Below are positions 58,054 through 64,000 of a stretch of 64,000 nt of DNA, piece after piece. The DNA comes from Candidatus Kaiserbacteria bacterium RIFCSPHIGHO2_02_FULL_55_25 (GTDB lineage Bacteria; Patescibacteriota; Minisyncoccia; Phycocordibacterales; UBA2100). Below the pieces are notes generated by a model. The model saw only the letters and a program-made list of their open reading frames with translations, made no database searches and had not been told where the DNA came from. The DNA lies in NCBI GenBank assembly GCA_001781335.1, contig MFLL01000001.1, forward strand, positions 25,626 to 89,625. The letters are read 5' to 3'. Every line of letters starts with the position of its first letter. Position 1 is the stretch's first letter. The translations under genes and the position numbers were made by a program.

Positions 58054-59082
58054 TTAAAAGTATCTTGCCTTGTTGGCGAGCTGACATGAGTACGTCTTGC
58101 AGAAATGGGTCACGCCGCGCCGGTCGGCGAGAAAATACAGGTAATCGTTCTTCGTCGGAACGGCCGCCGCCAGTAGCGAATCGAGCGAGGGATTCCCTAT
58201 CGGCGTCGGCGGGAGACCTTTGTTGATGTATGTATTGTACGGCGAGGGCGTGACAAGGTCCTTCATGGTGATTTGGAATGTTCCTTTCCCGTGCGTGTAG
58301 GCGAAGGTTACGTCCACCTGCAAGGGCATTCCGCGTTTGATGCGATTCCACAGCACGCCGGAAATCATTTTGCGGTCGGCGGTGTTGTACGCTTCGCGCT
58401 CGAGAATGGATGCCATCACGACGATGTCGCTGACACTGCGGGTCGAGCTCGCGATTTGCGGCATGATAGTCTCGATTTTTGAATCGAAATTCTGGCGGAG
58501 TGTCTGTATCACCGTGCCTTCATTTGCATTGGGAAGGAAAAAATATGTGTCGGGGAAGAGGTATCCCTCCTGCGATTGCGCCTGCGCAAGAAAATTCTCC
58601 TTGTTGAAGCGCTCCAAGTGAACGCTGAAAATCGCCGCCATCTCTTTCACGGTCGCTCCCTCGGGGACGCGAATCCTCGCCGGCTCGAGCCCGAACGCGC
58701 CGACCGACATCGCGCGCGCGATGGTAAACAGGTCGCGCGGCTCCTTAAACAGGTAATCGCCCGCCTGCGCGGTACGCGTGGTGCCAAAAAGCGTCATCAA
58801 CACCCTGAATGCAAACGGCGAACGTATCACACCGTCGTCGTACAGGGTCTCTGCAATTTGGCTAAGTGTTTCCCCTTGCGGCACGGAGACAAGCTCGTTC
58901 ACGGGAAAATTGTCCGGCGCCTGTATCAGAGCGAGCCATGAGTACGTCGACAGCGCCCCGAGGATTACGAGAATGACAATAGTGCGGCGGTTGGCATGCA
59001 GACGCCAGCGCTCCGAAAGTTGTGCCTGCAGACCGTCAAGTACGGAAAAGAACTTCTCCAATGCGGCCTTGAGAGAATCCAT
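58054..59082 (-). CDS. mltG: Endolytic transglycosylase MltG
   Basis: EGYLFPDTY, ASILERE, MPLQVD, SPYNTY..GLPPTPIGNP, YLYF. Confidence 0.95.
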   Translation of the reverse strand: MDSLKAALEKFFSVLDGLQAQLSERWRLHANRRTIVILVILGALSTYSWLALIQAPDNFPVNELVSVPQGETLSQIAETLYDDGVIRSPFAFRVLMTLFGTTRTAQAGDYLFKEPRDLFTIARAMSVGAFGLEPARIRVPEGATVKEMAAIFSVHLERFNKENFLAQAQSQEGYLFPDTYFFLPNANEGTVIQTLRQNFDSKIETIMPQIASSTRSVSDIVVMASILEREAYNTADRKMISGVLWNRIKRGMPLQVDVTFAYTHGKGTFQITMKDLVTPSPYNTYINKGLPPTPIGNPSLDSLLAAAVPTKNDYLYFLADRRGVTHFCKTYSCQLANKARYF

Positions 59083-59085
59083 GAA

Positions 59086-60504
59086 CTATTTCGGAAGGTT
59101 CGCAGGCGGTTCGGCCTTGGTCGCGGCCATCCGCTGGATACCCGGCACGGCGACAGCGCGGCTCGGCGGATGCCACAGAGAGGCAATCGTCTCGTTGGTG
59201 AGCACGTTGGTCGGCAAAATCCACGGCGAATTGAAGAACGAGCGACGGCGGAACGCATCATGCACGCGGTACCCCTGATTGATCCACCGGTAATCATGAA
59301 AGTCCTGCCACGGATAATCGAAATCGCAGTGCCATTTTTTTGGACGCAGGTGCGTACCGTATTGCGGGTTGCCGAACGGGCGCCATATCCAACGGAACCC
59401 CGTGAAGATGGGTCCGCGCAAGTCGCCTTCGACCCAGTAGATACCGCGCATGCCGACCTCAAAGGGGTATTTGCCGAGGTGGCGCTCCATTGCCTTCATC
59501 ATCTCGTTCTGTTTCCAAGACGGTCTCGGCGAGACGTGCTTGTCTTCTTCTTCGCCGTGCTCCGCAAGGACCTCTTTGAGCGTTTCCGCGGGAATGATGG
59601 CGGCCTCGGCGCGAAGCTTGTTGACTTCGTTTTCAACCATGTCCTTCCACAGATTGTCTTCGTCGGGCTTGCCAAACGGGTTGAGAATGTACCGCTTGCC
59701 CAATTTACGCAGAACGATTTGTATCCACAATTGTTCGTTGGGCTTGATACTGGACATGAATTCCAGCACGTTGGCGAGCGGGTCTATTTTGAATTCCTCT
59801 TTCGGGTCCTTGTCCAATTCAAAATCCACGTACGTGCGCGGTTGGTATGCGTTAATCCTGAAATCCGTTTGACCGATGCCCATATACGTCATAAGCGGCC
59901 ACTCGACGCCCCACACGTTGTGCTTTTCGGGGTCATACTGGAACTTCGTCGCATAATCTTCCACCTCGACAAGCTCTATTTCGGGATAGTGTGCATAAAG
60001 CATCCCCTCGATAATGTCTTTGTAATTCTTCCAGCACCAAATATAGAAATGTATCTCTCCGCCGAAACTCGCAATCTCAAAGGAGAAGAACGGACGAACC
60101 TGCCCCCTCCACGCACGGTGGAGAAAGGTCGTCTCGCCGGAGGAAAGATTGAGACTGGTGAGCGCGAGCTCCATGGCACGCGGCGAGCGAGCGACTTCGC
60201 GCGGGATTTTCATCTCGAGCAGTACCGGCTGACGGCCGGAAATATAGAGCGACTGAATGTAGGTTACCCAAGCCTTCCATGCTCCGATGATGAGCCCGAT
60301 GGGCACCCATATCGGAGCGGTGGCGACGAGCCAGTTGAACGTGAAGAGTGGGAGGTTGGGAATGAAGTTGCCTAATATGAGGTACAGGCCGAAAAAAACG
60401 ATGCCGAGCATGAACGCGCGCGATATACCCCACTCACCCCAGTAGCCGATGTCGAACAGTTCTTTAATCCAATGCGGGATTGGTCCGTGACTGCCATGCG
60501 CCAT
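59086..60504 (-). CDS. Conserved membrane-anchored hypothetical protein
   Basis: N-terminal TMs; LLE.KIPRE..RSP.AME, FSFEIAS, YP..EL.EV.DY; function unassigned. Confidence 0.7.
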   Translation of the reverse strand: MAHGSHGPIPHWIKELFDIGYWGEWGISRAFMLGIVFFGLYLILGNFIPNLPLFTFNWLVATAPIWVPIGLIIGAWKAWVTYIQSLYISGRQPVLLEMKIPREVARSPRAMELALTSLNLSSGETTFLHRAWRGQVRPFFSFEIASFGGEIHFYIWCWKNYKDIIEGMLYAHYPEIELVEVEDYATKFQYDPEKHNVWGVEWPLMTYMGIGQTDFRINAYQPRTYVDFELDKDPKEEFKIDPLANVLEFMSSIKPNEQLWIQIVLRKLGKRYILNPFGKPDEDNLWKDMVENEVNKLRAEAAIIPAETLKEVLAEHGEEEDKHVSPRPSWKQNEMMKAMERHLGKYPFEVGMRGIYWVEGDLRGPIFTGFRWIWRPFGNPQYGTHLRPKKWHCDFDYPWQDFHDYRWINQGYRVHDAFRRRSFFNSPWILPTNVLTNETIASLWHPPSRAVAVPGIQRMAATKAEPPANLPK

Positions 60505-60518
60505 GGCGGTATTTTAAC

Positions 60519-60547
60519 ACGAACGCCGCGCATAGCGCGGCGTTCGT
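60519..60547. terminator. GC-rich hairpin, possible terminator
   Basis: ACGAACGCCGCGC-ATA-GCGCGGCGTTCGT; no clear T-tract. Confidence 0.5.
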
Positions 60548-60567
60548 ACGTATCCTGTTGGTGAACG

Positions 60568-60632
60568 TTATTGCGGCTAGCGAGGAGCGAGGTGTGAGCA
60601 AGCTCATACCTCGTCCGAGCGAAGACGCAAAA
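60568..60632 (+). repeat. 65-bp dispersed structured repeat, copy B
   Basis: 53/65 to the reverse complement of 40371-40435. Confidence 0.8.
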
Positions 60633-60650
60633 AGGATTTTGTAGAAATCC

Positions 60651-61673
60651 TTATTTGGCGAGCGAGTAGCGGCCGTCGGAAAGGCGCGTAAACATGTTGT
60701 TCTGAAGATTGACCGAAATGGTCGCGTCTTTGACATAACGCTCGCGCTTCACACGCTCGATGATGTCCTCGCGAGAGAGCGGTCCTTCGCGCTCGATAAT
60801 TCCTTTGATGACCTCGCGAACGACGCCCGGCTCGTAACCCCATTCCTTGAGCGCGTACAGACCGCGTCCGACGAGGACGAAGCGGTTGTCCTTGATGAGC
60901 TCGTTGTGAGTCGTTGCGGGATGCGTCTCGCGGCCGAAAAGCTTTTCGATACCTTTGGCGACTTCGGTGAAATGCATCGGCGAGCCGTGGCGCTTGAGCG
61001 TGAGGTAGGCGAAATCGCGCGTATTCTTGATACGCACATGCGGAGACTCCTGCCGGCCCCATTCGCCGAGCGGATTTTTGCCGACACGTTTCGAAATGAG
61101 AAGCCAGCGCGTCATGACATCGTCGGGGCGGTTCTTCACTCCCTGCTGTTTGAGATGCTTTGCGAACAACTGCAAAAATTCATCCTCCGGCGTGAGGCGG
61201 TTTGTTTCGAGCGATTCGTAAAGTGCGGTAAGCGCCTGTTCCACCTGTTCGGCAAGCTGTTCATCAATGTGCCAGCGCGTTTTGAAATCCGCATCTTCGC
61301 GGCGGAAATCGAAATGATGCCCGACAGTGAGAAGGAATACGATGTGATTGTGGTCGGCCTCGTTCTTGGCGGTTTCGCGGAGTACCGTCTCTTCGGCGAG
61401 AACACCGCCGAGTGAGGCAAGCGCGCGCTTGAGGTCTTCGAGTGTCGGTGCGTGCGTCTCGTACGCATCGGAGTCGCGCACGGTCGAAAGACCGTGATTT
61501 TCTATCTGGCGGATGCGCTCGCGTGTGATGCCGTACTCCTGTCCGATGGCATCGAGGGTGCGGGACTCGCCTTTGCCGGAAAGACCGAAACGGTCAATAA
61601 GCACGCGGCGGGAGCGCTCGGGAAGCTCCGAAAGGAGCTCTTTTGTGACGTTTTTGACCGAAAATGAAAGCAT
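60651..61673 (-). CDS. Sigma70 region-4 HTH plus HARE-HTH-like protein
   Basis: RFGL..RTLDAIGQEYGITRERIRQIE; PMHFTEV, HNELIKD.RFVLVGRGLYALKEWGY. Confidence 0.8.
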   Translation of the reverse strand: MLSFSVKNVTKELLSELPERSRRVLIDRFGLSGKGESRTLDAIGQEYGITRERIRQIENHGLSTVRDSDAYETHAPTLEDLKRALASLGGVLAEETVLRETAKNEADHNHIVFLLTVGHHFDFRREDADFKTRWHIDEQLAEQVEQALTALYESLETNRLTPEDEFLQLFAKHLKQQGVKNRPDDVMTRWLLISKRVGKNPLGEWGRQESPHVRIKNTRDFAYLTLKRHGSPMHFTEVAKGIEKLFGRETHPATTHNELIKDNRFVLVGRGLYALKEWGYEPGVVREVIKGIIEREGPLSREDIIERVKRERYVKDATISVNLQNNMFTRLSDGRYSLAK

Positions 61674-61860
61674 GGTATATGGGCGATTTCTATAGCCAAT
61701 TTGACTATTTGGAATGCCGTGGCTTTGTTGTAACAAATACCACGCCCCGCGTCAAGTGTGCAATTCGGGATTGCACAATCCACCCCTTCTCCACAGGCAA
61801 GTCCCACATCGCGGGATTTTGCCGTGAATCCAAAAAATCTCACCGTGCTAGAATCGCCAG

Positions 61861-63255
61861 ATGATTGCCCAGCCGACACGCGTCCCCCCGCAAGATATTG
61901 AAATGGAACGTGCGCTTCTCGGTGCGCTCCTGCTCTCCCCCGGTGCAATGTACGAAATCGTAGATGTCGTCGGCATTGACTCTTTTTATGCGGGCAAACA
62001 CCGCACCATATTCGATGCGATGCTCAGCCTGCATACCAAGGGCGAACCCATCGACGTTGTTACCGTTTCGGGCAAACTCAAAGAGCGTAAAGAACTGACC
62101 GCAATCGGAGGCGCTGCATATCTCTCCGAGGTCGCGGGCGCCGCCGCCTCTCCCGGCTCGGCGCGCCACTACGCACAGAGTGTCCAGACAAAATTCGTAC
62201 TCCGTAGTCTCATAGAGGCGGCGGCGAAAATCGGAGAACTCGGTTTCGAGGAAGACCGCGACATCGAGCAGGTGCTCGACGATGCGCAGTCCGCCGTTTT
62301 CCAAGTCACCAACTCACCGATGCTTCAGAGTTTCAGCGCCATCAAAGAGGAGCTCGCTGGCGCGTGGGAACGGCTCGAATTACTGCAAAAGCACAAAGGC
62401 GCACTCCGCGGAGTACCGACCGGCTTCCCCCAGCTCGACAACATGCTCTCCGGTCTGCAAAAATCCGACCTCATTATCCTCGCGGCGCGTCCCTCGATGG
62501 GTAAGACCGCGCTCGCTCTCGACATCGCCCGTCAAACTGCGGTCAAACACAAAACCGCTGTCGGTATTTTCTCGCTCGAAATGGCGTCTGAACAACTTGT
62601 CGACCGTATGCTTGCGGCGCAGGCGGGTGTGGATTCATGGCGCCTGCGTACCGGCAAAATCTCCAAAGACGACGAGTACGACCGTCTGCAGGAGGGCATC
62701 GCGCAATTGAGCGAGGCGCCTATCTATATCGACGACAAACCGGGAACCACCGTGCTCGCCATGCGCTCCGTCGCGCGGCGTCTCAAAATGGAAAAGGACC
62801 TCGGACTCCTCATTGTGGACTACCTCCAACTCATCACGCCGGGCACGAGCCGTGGCAACGACAACCTCGTTCAGCAAATCACGGAGATATCGCGCTCGCT
62901 CAAATCGATGGCGCGCGAGCTCAAGGTACCGGTCCTCGCACTCTCACAGCTCTCCCGTGCCGTGGAACAGCGCCGCGGCCGGCCTCGCCTGTCCGACCTG
63001 CGCGATTCCGGCTCCATCGAGCAGGACGCCGACGTCGTGATGTTTATCCATCGCGAAGACAAAATGAACGCCGACACCGGCGCCGAGAAGACCAACGTCG
63101 CCGAGATTCTTATCGAAAAACACCGCAACGGCCCCATCGGCAAAGTTGACCTGCTTTTCGATGAGTCGAAGACAACCTTCCGCTCCGTGGACAAGAGCGA
63201 CTTCGGCGATATCATGACAGAGGCGCAGGTGGGGGGCGGAGAAACGCCGTTCTAA
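61861..63255 (+). CDS. dnaB: Replicative DNA helicase
   Basis: AARPSMGKT, FSLEM, VDYLQL, ALSQLSR, DLRDSGSIEQDAD, KHRNGP. Confidence 0.98.
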   Translation: MIAQPTRVPPQDIEMERALLGALLLSPGAMYEIVDVVGIDSFYAGKHRTIFDAMLSLHTKGEPIDVVTVSGKLKERKELTAIGGAAYLSEVAGAAASPGSARHYAQSVQTKFVLRSLIEAAAKIGELGFEEDRDIEQVLDDAQSAVFQVTNSPMLQSFSAIKEELAGAWERLELLQKHKGALRGVPTGFPQLDNMLSGLQKSDLIILAARPSMGKTALALDIARQTAVKHKTAVGIFSLEMASEQLVDRMLAAQAGVDSWRLRTGKISKDDEYDRLQEGIAQLSEAPIYIDDKPGTTVLAMRSVARRLKMEKDLGLLIVDYLQLITPGTSRGNDNLVQQITEISRSLKSMARELKVPVLALSQLSRAVEQRRGRPRLSDLRDSGSIEQDADVVMFIHREDKMNADTGAEKTNVAEILIEKHRNGPIGKVDLLFDESKTTFRSVDKSDFGDIMTEAQVGGGETPF

Positions 63256-63330
63256 GTGTTATACATGTTGCATTTGTTATATTTGACGGCAATTTGAACA
63301 GCTAGAACATTTATATCATTTTCAACAATT
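63253..63330. repeat. Nonamer-periodic inverted array between dnaB and recR
   Basis: TAAGTGTTATACATGTTG is the exact reverse complement of 42109-42126. Confidence 0.75.
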
Positions 63331-63332
63331 CT

Positions 63333-63962
63333 ATGGACCCTATCGAGCGACTGGCGAGACTTTTTGAACGCTTCCCCGGCATCGGGCCGAGACAAGCTCA
63401 ACGTTTCGTGCAATTTCTTTTGCGAAGCACGCCGTCGGCACGGCGCGAGTTTGTGGATGCGATACAGAGCCTGGGCGGTGCGGTGCATCAATGCCCCGAG
63501 TGCATGCGCTTCCATGCTTGGCCCGCCGAAGCCTCGGCGAAGGGGGCCGGGGACAAAAAGCTCTGCGGCATCTGTACAAATCCCGAGCGCGACAAGACCC
63601 ATCTCGCTGTCGTTGCGAACGATGCCGACCTGCTCGCACTCGAACGCAGTGGCACGTTCCGCGGACAGTACTTTGTGCTTGGCGGCACCATATCTCTGGC
63701 ATCGGAGAAAACCAACGGCCTGCGTATCAAGCAACTGCTCGAATCAGTCCCCGCCCGCGTGGGAAAAGGCATGAGCGAAATCATTCTCGCCTTCCCCGTG
63801 AACCCCGAAGGCGACGCCACCGCAATCCGCATTCGCGAGGACATCGTCGCGCACAGTCCGGACATCAAGGTCACTGCCCTCGGTCGCGGCCTCTCGACCG
63901 GCAGTGAACTCGAATACGCCGACCCCGAGACCATCAAGAGTGCGTTGGACTCACGGCGCTGA
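63333..63962 (+). CDS. recR: Recombination mediator RecR
   Basis: FPGIGPRQAQR, C4 finger, YFVLGG, NPEGDATA, GRGLSTGSELEYAD. Confidence 0.96.
   Translation: MDPIERLARLFERFPGIGPRQAQRFVQFLLRSTPSARREFVDAIQSLGGAVHQCPECMRFHAWPAEASAKGAGDKKLCGICTNPERDKTHLAVVANDADLLALERSGTFRGQYFVLGGTISLASEKTNGLRIKQLLESVPARVGKGMSEIILAFPVNPEGDATAIRIREDIVAHSPDIKVTALGRGLSTGSELEYADPETIKSALDSRR
63520..63548 (+). repeat. In-frame palindrome-like insert in the RecR zinc finger (WPAEASAKGA)
   Basis: GGCCCGCCGAAGCCTCGGCGAAGGGGGCC; the CxxC pairs are 20 aa apart. Confidence 0.7.
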
Positions 63963-64000
63963 TGGGGTATCGTATAGAAAGCACCTACCGTTTCAACACG

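Noticed and set aside
58996-60375. Long antisense ORFs (also 47586-48587, 55691-56833, 30580-31437, 5962-6759)
   Set aside because: Shadow frames opposite well-supported genes, with no motifs.
61787-61795. TTCTCCACA as a DnaA box or origin upstream of dnaB
   Set aside because: Single mismatched box; no cluster or unwinding element.

Overview
Chromosomal window from a small-genome bacterium. The gene content (DUF5671-like protein, shortened AlaRS, sigma70-region-4/HARE-HTH protein, FtsA-like plus baseplate-J-like pair, no biosynthetic pathways) suggests Patescibacteria/Parcubacteria; this is inferred, not searched. It uses the standard code. The backbone is housekeeping: ychF, leuS, cysS, gltX, aspS, trpS, alaS, murG/ftsW/mraY, scpAB, grpE-dnaK-dnaJ, infA-rpmJ-rpsMKD-rpoA-rplQ-rplM-rpsI, ung, mnmA, mltG, dnaB, recR. 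The most striking signal is a palindrome/HUH-transposase system. Three divergent RAYT-like (Y1 HUH) genes are each bracketed by their own pair of short palindromes that share an ARGY-N3-RCYT core. Stand-alone palindromes occur between genes, and short palindrome-like elements sit in frame inside leuS, dnaK, alaS, ung and recR; the leuS element matches an intergenic palindrome at 18/19 nt. Two small cassettes (a RAYT at the mnmA 5' end, an orphan MazF/PemK at the ung 3' end) are flanked by recoded duplicates of the host gene terminus. Also seen: a ~340-nt rod-like fold-back element, a 65-bp dispersed repeat with a covarying hairpin, 7- and 9-nt tandem arrays ahead of ribosomal-protein genes, a pervasive leaderless-promoter signature, and a LeuRS carrying inserted alpha/beta-hydrolase and Nudix domains. 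No rRNA, complete tRNA or CRISPR array was seen. All calls are by eye from sequence motifs; no database searches were run.
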